Assembly: GCA_031431395.1 (NCBI GenBank)
Contig: JANPDJ010000001.1
Location: 1-60,721, forward strand
Direction: 5' to 3'
DNA: 60,721 nt
DNA from: Chloroflexota bacterium
Lineage (GTDB): Bacteria; Chloroflexota; Limnocylindria; Limnocylindrales; CSP1-4
The position numbers and the translations under genes were made by a program. This document shows positions 17,232 through 27,408 of the stretch, piece after piece. The notes beneath the pieces were generated by a model. The model did no database searches, had not been told where the DNA came from, and saw nothing but the letters and a program-made list of their open reading frames with translations. Every line of letters begins with the position of its first letter. The first letter of the stretch is position 1.

Positions 17232-18946
17232 TGGAAGCCATCTCCGCCGTCCTGGGACATCGCCAGCCGGGCGGCGCCGCCCGGGAACACCTCCGGACGC
17301 TGTTCGAACGACTGGCCGCCGGGGACCTGAGCCTGGAGCAGTTCCTCTGGGCCGCCCGCGACGCCGGCATCGACCGGCGCGACGCGGCCCAGCTCGCGGT
17401 GGCCGCACGGGCGTCGGCAACGCCCGGGTCCGTCAGCACCGGCGGCGGGACGCCCGCGCATCCCGCTGGCGCGGACGGCGTCCTGCGGATCGGACTGTGG
17501 CTGCCCGTTGACGGAATGGACCCCGCGATCTCCACGTACCGCACGTCGCGCCTGCTGACCGAGCAGCTGTACTCGACGCTGATGGCGCTGGGCCCCGACG
17601 GGCGACCGTACCCGGATCTCGCCGAGTGGATCGAGGTGTCCGACGACGGACGCACGTACACGTTCGGGATCGTCCCCGGCGTGCGCTTCCACGACGGGTC
17701 GCCGCTCACGGCGGACGACGTGGCCTTCTCGCTGAACCGCCTCCTCGAGATGGGCGAGGCATACCACTTCGACCCGTGGATGGTCTCGGTGGCCGGCGCG
17801 GACGTCGTGGACCCACTCACCGTGAGGCTGCGGCTGACGCAGGCCACCGGGCCCATCCTCACCTGGCTGGCATTCTGCGGAACGGGCGCCGTGCCCCGCG
17901 CGGCCGTGGAGAGCGGACGCGATCTCAACCGCGAGCCAATCGGCAGCGGTCCGTTCCGCCTGGCCCGGCCGTGGGCCGGCCGGGAATCCGGGGAGCCCAT
18001 CCGGCTGGAGCGCCACGACGCCTCCGCGCGGGGCGGCAGGCCGTTCACGCCGCGTCTTGCCGGCCTGGAGTTCTCGGCAATCACGTCGGCGGACGAGCGG
18101 GTGGCTGCGCTCCTGGCCGGACGCATCGACGTTGACGCGCTGATGGCGCCGGAGGCATTCGGGCCGCTCGCGGCGACACCCGGATTCATCGCGCACGAGA
18201 CGCCGGACAGCCGCTGGCACTGGCTGGTGGTGAACTGCCGCCAGGCTCCCCTGGGCGATGTGCGCGTCCGCCGCGCCATCGCGCTGGCGATCGACCGCCA
18301 CGAGTTGCTGGACCGCGGGTTCCTCGGGCACGGCCTTCCGATCGGGGCCGGAGTGATCGCGCCGTGGTCCTTCGCGGCGGCCCCGGATCTCCAGGGGTTC
18401 GGCCCTCGAGCGGACATCGCGGGTGCGAAGGCACTCCTCGCCGACGCCGGCGTGGCGCCGGGCACGAAGCTCGTGATCACCGCTTCGGATTCGCTGCTGA
18501 TCGCCCTGCGCCAGGCGGAGATGATCGCGGCCCAGCTGCGGGCCGTTGGCCTGGGCGCCGAGGTCCGCGCGGTGGACGCGGCCGCATACGCCGCGTCGGT
18601 GTCGCGTGACGGCGACTTCCAGCTCGCCACCTCGTACTGGGGCAGCCCCATCTGGGACCCGGACGATTTCGTCTACATGGGGTTCCGTTCCGGGGCCCGG
18701 TATGACGCCGGCTCCTGCTCGTCACCCGACCTCGACGCGTTGATGGACCGGGGACGCGGAACCCTCGTCCAGGCGGAACGACGTGCCGCCTACGTGGCCC
18801 TCCAGGCCCAGGCTGTGGAGCAGCTGCCGGTGATCCCCACGATCCAGCCGGGCATGCTCCGGGGGACAACGTCGCGCCTCGCCGGGTATGCCCCCACGCC
18901 GTGCGCCCAGCTGCGGACACTCCGCGACGCCTGGCTGGAGGTCTGA
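17228..18946 (+). CDS. Family-5 (peptide/nickel type) solute-binding-protein homolog with no recognisable signal peptide
   Basis: LRIGLW...MDPA, YSTLMALGPDGRPYPDLAEWIEVSDDGRTYTFGIVPGVRFHDGSPLTADDVAFS. Start ATGATG overlaps the M20 stop. The N-terminal ~85 aa are hydrophilic and helical-looking. Confidence 0.75.
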   Translation: MMEAISAVLGHRQPGGAAREHLRTLFERLAAGDLSLEQFLWAARDAGIDRRDAAQLAVAARASATPGSVSTGGGTPAHPAGADGVLRIGLWLPVDGMDPAISTYRTSRLLTEQLYSTLMALGPDGRPYPDLAEWIEVSDDGRTYTFGIVPGVRFHDGSPLTADDVAFSLNRLLEMGEAYHFDPWMVSVAGADVVDPLTVRLRLTQATGPILTWLAFCGTGAVPRAAVESGRDLNREPIGSGPFRLARPWAGRESGEPIRLERHDASARGGRPFTPRLAGLEFSAITSADERVAALLAGRIDVDALMAPEAFGPLAATPGFIAHETPDSRWHWLVVNCRQAPLGDVRVRRAIALAIDRHELLDRGFLGHGLPIGAGVIAPWSFAAAPDLQGFGPRADIAGAKALLADAGVAPGTKLVITASDSLLIALRQAEMIAAQLRAVGLGAEVRAVDAAAYAASVSRDGDFQLATSYWGSPIWDPDDFVYMGFRSGARYDAGSCSSPDLDALMDRGRGTLVQAERRAAYVALQAQAVEQLPVIPTIQPGMLRGTTSRLAGYAPTPCAQLRTLRDAWLEV

Positions 18947-18993
18947 CCGGCCCAACCCGGCGGTGCCCCCGGACAACGCCGGGAACCGAACTC

Positions 18994-19023
18994 TTGACAA
19001 CGTGATTGGCAGGGTTCTACCAT
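18994..19023 (+). promoter_or_regulatory. Sigma-70-like promoter TTGACA-18-TACCAT, positioned for a leaderless hspR mRNA
   Basis: TTGACA at 18994-18999 and TACCAT at 19018-19023. The hspR ATG at 19030 is 7 nt after the -10, and there is no SD sequence. Confidence 0.55.
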
Positions 19024-19029
19024 CACGTC

Positions 19030-19410
19030 ATGGCAACCCGCCCCCTCGATCGGGATCCACAGCGGCCGGTCTACGTCATCAGTGTGGCTGCCGGGATTCT
19101 CAGCGTGCATCCGCGGACCCTGCGGATCTACGAGGACGAGGGTCTGATCGCACCGGCGCGGACGCCCTCCAACATTCGCCTGTACAGCGAACAGGACATC
19201 CGGCGGGTCCTCTGGATCCGCCACCTCACCCAGGAACGCGGGGTCAATCTCGCGGGCGTCCGAATCCTCTTCGAACTCGAAGAACGGTTGGGTGCGCGAA
19301 TCCTGGAGGTGCTCTTCGACGAAGGAGTCCGGGCACAGGAAGCCATGGACGCAACCCCCGAGGAAGACCGGCCCGTCCGGTCCGGCGCCCGCCGGAATTG
19401 CCAGCCGTGA
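19030..19410 (+). CDS. hspR: MerR-family heat-shock repressor HspR
   Basis: VYVISVAAGILSVHPRTLRIYEDEGLIAPARTPSNIRLYSEQDIRRVLWIRHLTQERGVNLAGVR is HspR/CbpM-like. ATG at 19030 preferred over the TTG at 19006. Confidence 0.8.
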   Translation: MATRPLDRDPQRPVYVISVAAGILSVHPRTLRIYEDEGLIAPARTPSNIRLYSEQDIRRVLWIRHLTQERGVNLAGVRILFELEERLGARILEVLFDEGVRAQEAMDATPEEDRPVRSGARRNCQP

Positions 19411-19507
19411 GGGATCCCGTCACGTCGCGTTCCCAACGTGGAGCACCGTGCTTCGCACAGACCCAGATCGTGGACGGTCCAGCCGCCACGTGCAGCAGGA
19501 GAACCTG

Positions 19508-22075
19508 ATGGCGCCTCGCACGCCGAAGTCCAAGACCACCCCGCAGCCCACGGTGACCACGGGTCAGACCCGCGAGCTGCCGCTCGTCGCTCTCCGGGAG
19601 ACCGTCATCTTCCCCGAGATGATCGTGCCGCTCCAGGTGGGCCGCGAGAAGAGCGTGGCCGCGCTCAACGCGGCTGTTGCCAATGGCGGCCCGATTGCGC
19701 TGGTGACCCAGCGGCAGGCGGACCAGGAGGACATCGGGTCCCCGGGCGAGCTGTATCCCGTCGGCACGCTCGCGAAGATCGCGCAGATCGTCCAGCTCCA
19801 GGACGGCACCGTGCGCGCCATCGTCCAGGGCCAGGGCCGGCTCCGCGTCCACGGCTTCACGCAGACGTCGCCGTACATCATCGCCACGATCGAAGAGCTG
19901 GTGGATGCGACACCGGCGGGCGTCGAGGTCCAGGCGCTCATGCGCACGGTCCAGGGCCAGATCGAGCAGTACGTCGCGAGCGGCGCGCCGGTTCCGCCGG
20001 AGGCCGCGGTCGCTGCGCGGAACATCACGGAGCCCGGCCTCCTCGCGGATATGGTGGCATACAGCCCGGACATGTCCACGGAGCAGCGCCAGGAACTCCT
20101 GGAGACGGTTGACGTCATCGAGCGCCTGAAGCTCGTTTCCAACTTCCTCTCCCGCCAGATCGAGATTCTGGAGCTCAAGGGTCGCATCCAGTCCGAAGTG
20201 AAGTCGGAGATGGACAAGACCCAGCGCGAGTACATCCTGCGCGAGCAGCTGAAGGCCATCCAGCGCGAGCTCGGCGAGGACGATCCGCAGCAGGCCGAGA
20301 TCAACGAGCTTCGCGAGAAGGTGGAGCAGGCCGGCATGCCGGAGGAGATCCGGACACGGGCGATCAAGGAGATCGACCGGATGAGCCGCATCCCGTCCGC
20401 CTCCCCGGAGGTCGGGGTCATCCGGACGTACGTGGACTGGCTCGTGGGGCTGCCGTGGAACGTCGCCACGGAGGACAACCTCGATATCAAGGAAGCCGCC
20501 CGGATCCTGGACGAGGACCACTACGGTCTGGAGAAGATCAAGGAGCGGATCCTGGAATACCTCGCCGTCCGGGCGCTGGCATCCAAGATCCGCAGCCCCA
20601 TCCTCGCGTTCGTCGGACCGCCCGGCGTCGGCAAGACGTCGCTCGGCAAGAGCGTGGCGCGGGCCATGGGCCGCAAGTTCGTGCGAATGAGCCTGGGCGG
20701 CATCCACGACGAGGCGGAGATCCGCGGCCACCGTCGCACCTACATCGGGGCGCTGCCCGGCAGGGTCATCCAGAACGTCAAGACGGCCGGCTCCAACAAC
20801 CCGGTCTTCATGCTCGACGAAGTGGACAAGATCGGCATGGACTTCCGGGGCGACCCATCGTCCGCGCTGCTGGAAGTCCTCGATCCGGAGCAGAACAACA
20901 CGTTCCAGGACAACTACCTGGAGGTTCCGTTCGACCTTAGCAAGGTGCTGTTCATCGCAACGGCCAACCTGCTGGATCCCATCCCGCCCCCCCTCCGCGA
21001 CCGGATGGAGATCGTCTACCTGCCGGGCTACACCCAGCAGGAGAAAATCGAGATCGGGAAGCGGTTCCTCATCCCCAAGCAGATGGAGAACCACGGGCTG
21101 ACCGCAAAGACCATCCAGATCACGGACGAGGCGATGGTCAAGCTCGTCCAGGCCTACACCAAGGAAGCCGGCGTCCGGAACCTGGAGCGCGAGATCGCCA
21201 ACATCATGCGCAAGGTCGCCCGCACCGTGGTCGAAGGGCGAAAGCGCAAAACGATCGTGGACGTCAGGAAGCTGGAGCAGTACCTGGGCCCGCCGCGCTT
21301 CGAATACGGCGAGCTCGAGGCAACAGACCAGACGGGTGCAGCAACCGGCCTCGTGGTCACGGAAGTCGGCGGTGACGTCGTCGCCGTCGAAGTGACCAGG
21401 ATGGAAGGCAAGGAGGACTTCATCCTCACCGGCCAGCTCGGCGAGGTGATGCGCGAGTCTGCTCGGGCGGCCCTGTCCTGGATCCGGGCCAACGCGAACC
21501 AGCTGGGCATCACGCGCGAGCAGTTCGAGAAGAACACCCTCCACATCCACGTCCCGGCCGGCGGGATCCCCAAGGACGGGCCTTCCGCCGGCGTCACCAT
21601 GGCCACCGCGATGGTGAGCGCCTTCACCGGCATCCCGGTCCGCAAGGACGTCGCAATGACCGGCGAAATCACCCTCCGGGGCCGGGTGCTCCCGATCGGT
21701 GGGCTCAAGAGCAAGATCCTGGCCGCGCATCTCGCTGGTGCCAGGATCGTGATCCTGCCAAAGAAGAACGAGAAGGATCTGCGCGACATCCCGGACGAGA
21801 TCCGCAAGCAGATCAAGCTGGTCCTCGCGGACTCCATGGAGCAGGTGCTCGAGGCAGCGCTCCGGCGCATGCCCATGCCGCTCCGGGTGGAGCCCGCGAA
21901 GATCCCGGAGGGCGACCGGACGCACGGCGAGGCGGAGCCGGAGAGCCGGGTCCGACGCCCGAGCTTCCCGCCCACGGACCAGCCCCCGGTGGCGGTCCAG
22001 GGACCGGCACCGCGGCCACCCGAGCCCGGGAGGCGGGCGGCGGCGATCACGCCGCAGCCCCACACTGGACGGTAG
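19508..22075 (+). CDS. lon: ATP-dependent Lon protease (LonA)
   Basis: LPLVALRETVIFPEM (LON N domain), Walker A GPPGVGKTS, PKDGPSAG catalytic Ser motif and MTGEITLRG. AGGAG SD before the ATG. Confidence 0.95.
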   Translation: MAPRTPKSKTTPQPTVTTGQTRELPLVALRETVIFPEMIVPLQVGREKSVAALNAAVANGGPIALVTQRQADQEDIGSPGELYPVGTLAKIAQIVQLQDGTVRAIVQGQGRLRVHGFTQTSPYIIATIEELVDATPAGVEVQALMRTVQGQIEQYVASGAPVPPEAAVAARNITEPGLLADMVAYSPDMSTEQRQELLETVDVIERLKLVSNFLSRQIEILELKGRIQSEVKSEMDKTQREYILREQLKAIQRELGEDDPQQAEINELREKVEQAGMPEEIRTRAIKEIDRMSRIPSASPEVGVIRTYVDWLVGLPWNVATEDNLDIKEAARILDEDHYGLEKIKERILEYLAVRALASKIRSPILAFVGPPGVGKTSLGKSVARAMGRKFVRMSLGGIHDEAEIRGHRRTYIGALPGRVIQNVKTAGSNNPVFMLDEVDKIGMDFRGDPSSALLEVLDPEQNNTFQDNYLEVPFDLSKVLFIATANLLDPIPPPLRDRMEIVYLPGYTQQEKIEIGKRFLIPKQMENHGLTAKTIQITDEAMVKLVQAYTKEAGVRNLEREIANIMRKVARTVVEGRKRKTIVDVRKLEQYLGPPRFEYGELEATDQTGAATGLVVTEVGGDVVAVEVTRMEGKEDFILTGQLGEVMRESARAALSWIRANANQLGITREQFEKNTLHIHVPAGGIPKDGPSAGVTMATAMVSAFTGIPVRKDVAMTGEITLRGRVLPIGGLKSKILAAHLAGARIVILPKKNEKDLRDIPDEIRKQIKLVLADSMEQVLEAALRRMPMPLRVEPAKIPEGDRTHGEAEPESRVRRPSFPPTDQPPVAVQGPAPRPPEPGRRAAAITPQPHTGR

Positions 22076-22092
22076 GACAACCCGAACCACGC

Positions 22093-22124
22093 AGGCCCGG
22101 CCACGCCAACAGCGGGCCGGGCCT
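22093..22124 (+). terminator. Hairpin after lon: 10-bp perfect GC stem, 12-nt loop, weak T tract
   Basis: AGGCCCGGCC (22093-22102) pairs with GGCCGGGCCT (22115-22124), followed by CTTGCACTT. Confidence 0.45.
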
Positions 22125-22179
22125 CTTGCACTTCCGCGGTAGAAGCGGCCGCGCCGCAATCGACCCGAGGACCAGACCA

Positions 22180-23274
22180 GTGGACTACAAGGACTACTAC
22201 AAGACGCTCGGGGTTTCTCGCACCGCGACGCAGGCCGAGATCAAGAAGGCCTTCCGCAAGCTCGCGCGGCAGAGCCATCCGGACGTAAAGCCGGGCGACA
22301 GCACCGCGGAGCTGCGCTTCAAGGACATCAACGAGGCTAACGAGGTCCTCTCCGACCCGGCCAAGCGAACGCAGTACGATGAGCTGGGCGCGAACTGGGA
22401 GGCCTACTCGAGGGCCGGTGCGGGCAGTCCGGGCGGGGGCGGCTCCGGCGGGCCGAGCCCATTCGGGGCAGGCGGACCCTTCCAGGGCTTCGGCGGCCAG
22501 GGCGGCAGCGTCCGCTACGAGTTCCGGGGCCCGGGCGGTGGCGCCGGCGCGGAGCAGTTCAGCGACTTCTTCCGGATGTTCTTCGGCGAGCAGGCGGGCG
22601 GCGCAGGCGGCGCAGGCGGCGGCGCGGGAGCGACGGGCTCACGACGCGGCGGGGGACGAGGTCAGCGCACCCAGGCCCGCAGCGGGCCAACGATCGAAGA
22701 TCTCCTCGCAGGCGCGGGCGGCACTTACGGGACCGAACCCGGCGCGGCGCGGCCGGCGGCTGCAGAGGCCCAGGCGCAGATCACCCTCGAAGAGGCATTC
22801 CACGGCACGACGCGCCTCGTGGACGTGGATGGTCGCCGGCTCGAGGTGAAGGTGCCCGCCGGCGTGGACACCGGCAGCCGGATCCGCCTGCGTGGCAAAG
22901 GGGGCGGAACAGGCGAGGCGGCGCGCGACCTGTACATCGTGCCGAAGGTGGAATCACACCCCGTGTTCACCCGGACCGGGGCGGACCTTGCGCGTGAGAT
23001 CAGGATCACGCTGGGCGAGGCGCTCCTGGGCGGCGAGATCCCCGTGCGGACGCTCAAGGGCCGCGTCCTCCTGACGATCCCACCGGGAACCCAGCACGGG
23101 CGCACCTTCCGGCTCACCGGCCAGGGCATGCCGCGTCTCAAGGGCGAGGGCAGCGGGGACCTGTATGTCCGCGTGAGCATCGCGCTCCCCACGAACCTCT
23201 CCGACGAGGCGAAGGAGGCCGCCGCGCACTTCCTGAGCCTGGTGGATCAGCCGGATCCCCGCCCACCCGCGTGA
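22180..23274 (+). CDS. cbpA: DnaJ-class J-domain co-chaperone without zinc finger (CbpA type)
   Basis: DYYKTLGVSRTATQAEIKKAFRKLARQSHPD, a long Gly-rich region, and a C-terminal substrate-binding domain. No CxxCxGxG repeats. GTG start at 22180. Confidence 0.85.
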   Translation: MDYKDYYKTLGVSRTATQAEIKKAFRKLARQSHPDVKPGDSTAELRFKDINEANEVLSDPAKRTQYDELGANWEAYSRAGAGSPGGGGSGGPSPFGAGGPFQGFGGQGGSVRYEFRGPGGGAGAEQFSDFFRMFFGEQAGGAGGAGGGAGATGSRRGGGRGQRTQARSGPTIEDLLAGAGGTYGTEPGAARPAAAEAQAQITLEEAFHGTTRLVDVDGRRLEVKVPAGVDTGSRIRLRGKGGGTGEAARDLYIVPKVESHPVFTRTGADLAREIRITLGEALLGGEIPVRTLKGRVLLTIPPGTQHGRTFRLTGQGMPRLKGEGSGDLYVRVSIALPTNLSDEAKEAAAHFLSLVDQPDPRPPA

Positions 23275-23328
23275 CCCGCGGCGGCTCGAGGCCTGCCAGG
23301 GACCTGCGGCGGCTCGCCAAGGTGCCCA

Positions 23329-23357
23329 TTGACATTGGTAGCATCCCTGACAATACT
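23329..23357 (+). promoter_or_regulatory. Near-consensus promoter TTGACA-17-AATACT in an AT-rich island upstream of clpB
   Basis: TTGACA at 23329-23334 and AATACT at 23352-23357. This would give a ~55-nt 5' UTR ending in AGGAGG (23401-23406). Confidence 0.6.
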
Positions 23358-23419
23358 ATTGATACGTTTGGACTTGAAGATGGACCTGGGCCCACGCCTC
23401 AGGAGGTAACCACAACACC

Positions 23420-26152
23420 ATGAACCTGGACCGATTCACGCAGAAGGCGCAGGAGGCGATCGTCGCCGCGCAGCGCCTCGCCGAAACCCTGCAGAGCCCG
23501 TTGCTCGACGCGGAGCACATCCTCGCCGCACTCCTGGATCCTGAGGACGGCGTCCCGGCGGAGACCCTCCGCCGATTGGGCGTGGACCTGCCCGGCCTTC
23601 GGGGCGACCTGGCGGCGCTCCTGTCCCGGCGCGCGCGGATCCAGGGCGGCAGCCTCGCCCTGGGGCCAAGGGCCAAGCAGGCGCTTGAGCTGGCCCAGGC
23701 GGAGGCCCGGAGGCTGCAGGACGACTACGTCTCCACGGAACACCTGCTTCTCGGCGTTGCGGAGGTCGGCGGGGAGGGCGCCCAGCTGCTGGAACGGTTC
23801 GGTGCCAGCCGCGAGGCGATTCTCCATGCACTGCAGAGCGTCCGTGGTGGTCAGCGCGTCGCCAGCCAGAACCCCGAAACCACCTACCAGGCGCTGGAGA
23901 AGTACGGCCGCGACCTGACCCAGGAGGCCCGTGCCGGCAGACTTGACCCAGTCATCGGCCGCGACGAGGAGATCCGGCGGACGATCCAGGTTCTCAGCCG
24001 CCGGACCAAGAACAACCCCGTGCTGATCGGCGAACCGGGCGTGGGCAAGACGGCCATCGTGGAGGGCCTGGCCCAGCGCATCGTGCGCGGCGATGTACCG
24101 GAGGGCCTGAAGGACAAGCGCGTGGTGTCGCTGGACCTCGGGGCGCTGATCGCCGGTGCCAAGTTCCGGGGCGAGTTCGAGGAACGCCTCAAGGCCGTCC
24201 TCAAGGAGATCAAGGACGCCGAGGGCCGGGTCATCCTGTTCATCGACGAGTTGCACACCGTGGTGGGAGCCGGCGCGGCCGAAGGGGCGATGGACGCCTC
24301 CAACCTGCTGAAGCCCATGCTGGCCCGCGGCGAGCTGCACACCATCGGCGCCACCACCCTCGACGAGTACCGCAAGCGGATCGAGAAGGACGCAGCCCTG
24401 GAGCGCCGCTTTCAGCCCATCGTCGTGGATCAGCCCACGGTGGACGAGACCATCTCGATCCTGCGCGGCCTCCGCGAGCGGTACGAGGTGCATCACGGCG
24501 TCCGGATCACGGACTCCGCGCTGGTGGCGGCGGCCACGCTCAGCAGCCGCTACATCACAGAGCGGTTCCTGCCCGACAAGGCCATCGACCTCGTCGACGA
24601 GGCCGCCAGCCGGCTGCGGATGGAGATCGATTCCATGCCGGTCGAGCTGGACGAACTCGAGCGGCGCCGGATCCAGCTGGAGATCGAGCGTGAGGCCCTG
24701 CGCAAGGAGAAGGACGACGCGTCGAAGGCGCGGCTCGAGGCGCTGGAGCGGGAGCTGGCCGACATCGAGGAGCAGGCCGGCGCGATGAAGCAGCGCTGGA
24801 CCGCCGAGAAGGACGCGATCCAGGCGATCCGCACCTCGAAGACGGAGCTGGAGCAACTCCAGGTCCGCATCGACCAGGCCCAGCGCGAGACGGACTACGA
24901 GACGGCGGCGAAGCTTCGGTACGGCACGTTGCCGGAGTTGCAGGACCGGCTGCGCGGGCAGGAGGCCGCCCTGGCCGCCCTCCAGGGCCCGGGCTCGATG
25001 CTGAAGGAGGAGGTGACGGCGGACGAGATCGCCCAGATCGTCTCGGCTTGGACGGGCGTGCCCGTGACGAGGATGCTCGAGGGAGAGATCGCGAAGCTGA
25101 TCCATATGGAGGAGCGACTCCACCAGCGCGTCGTCGGCCAGGACGAGGCCATCGAAGCGGTGTCCGACGCCGTCCGCCGCGCACGTGCCGGGCTCAAGGA
25201 TCCGCGCCGGCCCACGGGTTCGTTCCTGTTCCTGGGGCCCACCGGCGTCGGCAAGACCGAACTCGCGCGCGCACTCGCCGAGTTCCTCTTCGACGACGAC
25301 CAGGCGATGGTCCGCATCGACATGAGCGAGTACATGGAGAAGTTCTCCGTGTCGCGGCTGATCGGGGCACCCCCCGGCTACGTGGGCTACGAGGAAGGCG
25401 GCCAGCTGACAGAGGCGGTCCGGCGGCGGCCGTACCAGGTGATCCTGCTCGACGAGATCGAGAAGGCGCATCCGGACGTGTTCAACGTGCTTCTGCAGGT
25501 CCTCGACGACGGCCGGTTGACCGACGGCCAGGGGAGGACCGTGAACTTCAAGGACACCGTCCTGATCATGACCAGCAACGTCGGCAGCCAGGTGATCGCG
25601 CAGTTTGCCGGCCGCCCCGGGGACTCGCAGAGCTACGAGGACATGAAGCGCGAGATCACCGATGCCCTGCGGCTGCAGTTCCGGCCCGAGTTCCTCAACC
25701 GGGTGGACGAGGTGATCGTGTTCCACGCCCTCACGGAGGCCGAACTGGCGGCGATCGTGGACCTGCTGCTGGCAGACCTCCAGAAGCGGCTGGTCGAGCA
25801 CGACCTGGTGCTCGAGATGACGCCGGCAGGACGGGCGCTGATCGCCCGCGAAGGAACGGACCTCGCGTACGGTGCGCGGCCGCTCAAGCGGACCATCCAG
25901 CGTCTCGTGGAGAACCCCCTCGCGCGCGCCCTGCTCCGGGGCCAGTTCCCGCCGGGCTCGCGGATCAAGGTGGACGCCGACACCCTCGGCGGCACGCTTG
26001 TCTTCTCGGCCGATGGGACGACCGTCGTGGCCGAGACCGCCGACCGCCGTGATGCCAGGGCCGGCGGGACCCCCGCACCTGCGCGCGCCGGCGCCGGCGC
26101 CGGCCTCTGGACGCCCCGGTCGGACGAGAAGGGCCCCGAGCGTCTCAACTAG
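23420..26152 (+). CDS. clpB: Chaperone disaggregase ClpB
   Basis: Two AAA+ modules (GEPGVGKT and GPTGVGKTE), a long coiled-coil middle domain ([19 protein letters not shown]...), and a Clp N domain. Confidence 0.95.
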   Translation: MNLDRFTQKAQEAIVAAQRLAETLQSPLLDAEHILAALLDPEDGVPAETLRRLGVDLPGLRGDLAALLSRRARIQGGSLALGPRAKQALELAQAEARRLQDDYVSTEHLLLGVAEVGGEGAQLLERFGASREAILHALQSVRGGQRVASQNPETTYQALEKYGRDLTQEARAGRLDPVIGRDEEIRRTIQVLSRRTKNNPVLIGEPGVGKTAIVEGLAQRIVRGDVPEGLKDKRVVSLDLGALIAGAKFRGEFEERLKAVLKEIKDAEGRVILFIDELHTVVGAGAAEGAMDASNLLKPMLARGELHTIGATTLDEYRKRIEKDAALERRFQPIVVDQPTVDETISILRGLRERYEVHHGVRITDSALVAAATLSSRYITERFLPDKAIDLVDEAASRLRMEIDSMPVELDELERRRIQLEIEREALRKEKDDASKARLEALERELADIEEQAGAMKQRWTAEKDAIQAIRTSKTELEQLQVRIDQAQRETDYETAAKLRYGTLPELQDRLRGQEAALAALQGPGSMLKEEVTADEIAQIVSAWTGVPVTRMLEGEIAKLIHMEERLHQRVVGQDEAIEAVSDAVRRARAGLKDPRRPTGSFLFLGPTGVGKTELARALAEFLFDDDQAMVRIDMSEYMEKFSVSRLIGAPPGYVGYEEGGQLTEAVRRRPYQVILLDEIEKAHPDVFNVLLQVLDDGRLTDGQGRTVNFKDTVLIMTSNVGSQVIAQFAGRPGDSQSYEDMKREITDALRLQFRPEFLNRVDEVIVFHALTEAELAAIVDLLLADLQKRLVEHDLVLEMTPAGRALIAREGTDLAYGARPLKRTIQRLVENPLARALLRGQFPPGSRIKVDADTLGGTLVFSADGTTVVAETADRRDARAGGTPAPARAGAGAGLWTPRSDEKGPERLN

Positions 26153-26229
26153 CCAGCTTCGGACGCGGAGCCGCGGGCGGCGCTGACGGCTGGACGGCAC
26201 CGACGCAGAATTCCGGCATCCTTCCCGCG

Positions 26230-26865
26230 ATGCAGCTTTCCGTCGTCGTGGCGCAACTCCGCGCCCTCCCTGATCCCCTGCCCGAGGCACCGGCCGCGCT
26301 GATGCCCCTGATCCTTGCCGGGCCAACCCGGCCCGCGGTCCCTCTTGCCGAACTCCGGTCCATTCCGGCAGCGGTCCTCGTCCTCCTGGTAGCCGGCGCC
26401 GACGGCGACGCGCGCGTGATCCTCACGGAACGCGTCATCGGCGGCCGGCACCACAGCGGCGAAGTGAGCTTCCCGGGCGGCCGCGCCGAGCCGGAGGACG
26501 CCGATCCGGCCGCGACGGCCCTCCGCGAGGCAGCGGAGGAAGTGGGGCTGGATGCCACCGCGTCAGGCGTGGAGATCGTCGGTGTGCTCGGCAGTGTCTG
26601 GATCCCCGTCAGCGGTTTCCGGCTGACCCCGGTCCTGGCCGTGGCGTGGCGGCGACCGGCACTGACGGCCGCCCCGGCAGAGGTCGGCCGGATCCTGGAA
26701 GCGCCCCTGACGGCGTTTCTCACCGGCGCGGAGATCCGGCAAGTCGAGGCGCAGGTGGGCGAACGCAGGCTCCGCTACGGAGCCTACCCGGTGGAGGATC
26801 TCCTGGTCTGGGGTGCGACGGCGCGGGTCCTCGGCCAACTGGGGGCGATCCTCGGCGGATCCTGA
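26230..26865 (+). CDS. Nudix hydrolase, CoA-pyrophosphatase-like
   Basis: Nudix box GGRAEPEDADPAATALREAAEEVGL, preceded by VILTERV..HSGEVSFPGG. Confidence 0.8.
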   Translation: MQLSVVVAQLRALPDPLPEAPAALMPLILAGPTRPAVPLAELRSIPAAVLVLLVAGADGDARVILTERVIGGRHHSGEVSFPGGRAEPEDADPAATALREAAEEVGLDATASGVEIVGVLGSVWIPVSGFRLTPVLAVAWRRPALTAAPAEVGRILEAPLTAFLTGAEIRQVEAQVGERRLRYGAYPVEDLLVWGATARVLGQLGAILGGS

Positions 26866-26924
26866 CGCACGCCGCGGCCGGCGCATGGCACGGCCGGCGA
26901 ATGGCGCGTCGAGAACCGTCCGTG

Positions 26925-27386
26925 CTAGAAGGGCTCGCCCTCCTTCGGGTCGTACCGGGGGCTGGATCCCACGGTCAGTCGACCGGGTGATGAGCCGGCG
27001 GCCGGTGACCCGGAGCGCACTTCGCGGCCGGTGCCTTCCACGATCATGCCCGGGGCCGCCTCGCCTGCCCCAAGCTCCACCACGATCGCCCGCATGCGGC
27101 TCTGGTCCGTCCACGCAGCGTGGGGGACCTGCGGCGGCCAGAACACCGCTTCACCGGCCGCCACGAGCCCCTGCTCTTCACCCACCCGCACGAAACCCCC
27201 GCCTTCGATCACCACGAACCACGTGGCGTTGGGGTTTGAATGCGGCTCGATCGCGGCGTTCCGGCCGAAGGCAAGCTCGGAGATGACGCCACCGGGGCCG
27301 GAGACGATCACCTGACCGGCCACGTTGAGGGAGCCGGCGGGCCCTTCCGGCCGGCGATGACCCACACCGAACCGGACGATCTCCAT
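26925..27386 (-). CDS. Cupin-domain protein
   Basis: AIEPHSNPNATWFVVIEGGGFV...GEAVFWPPQVPHA are the two cupin motifs. Confidence 0.7.
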   Translation of the reverse strand: MEIVRFGVGHRRPEGPAGSLNVAGQVIVSGPGGVISELAFGRNAAIEPHSNPNATWFVVIEGGGFVRVGEEQGLVAAGEAVFWPPQVPHAAWTDQSRMRAIVVELGAGEAAPGMIVEGTGREVRSGSPAAGSSPGRLTVGSSPRYDPKEGEPF

Positions 27387-27408
27387 CCGTGCCCTCCGGC
27401 TCCGGCGT

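Noticed and set aside
19244-22159. 971-aa ORF antisense to lon
   Set aside because: Same shadow-ORF composition, whereas the plus strand encodes an unmistakable Lon protease. The 975-aa ORF at 23399..26326 antisense to clpB is rejected on the same grounds.
18947-23419. Canonical HspR operator (HAIR, CTTGAGT-N7-ACTCAAG) upstream of hspR, lon, the J-protein gene or clpB
   Set aside because: The CTTGAG and CTCAAG strings I noticed in the window all fall inside coding sequence (for example near 23677, 25195 and 25885) and are unpaired. None is in the intergenic regions.
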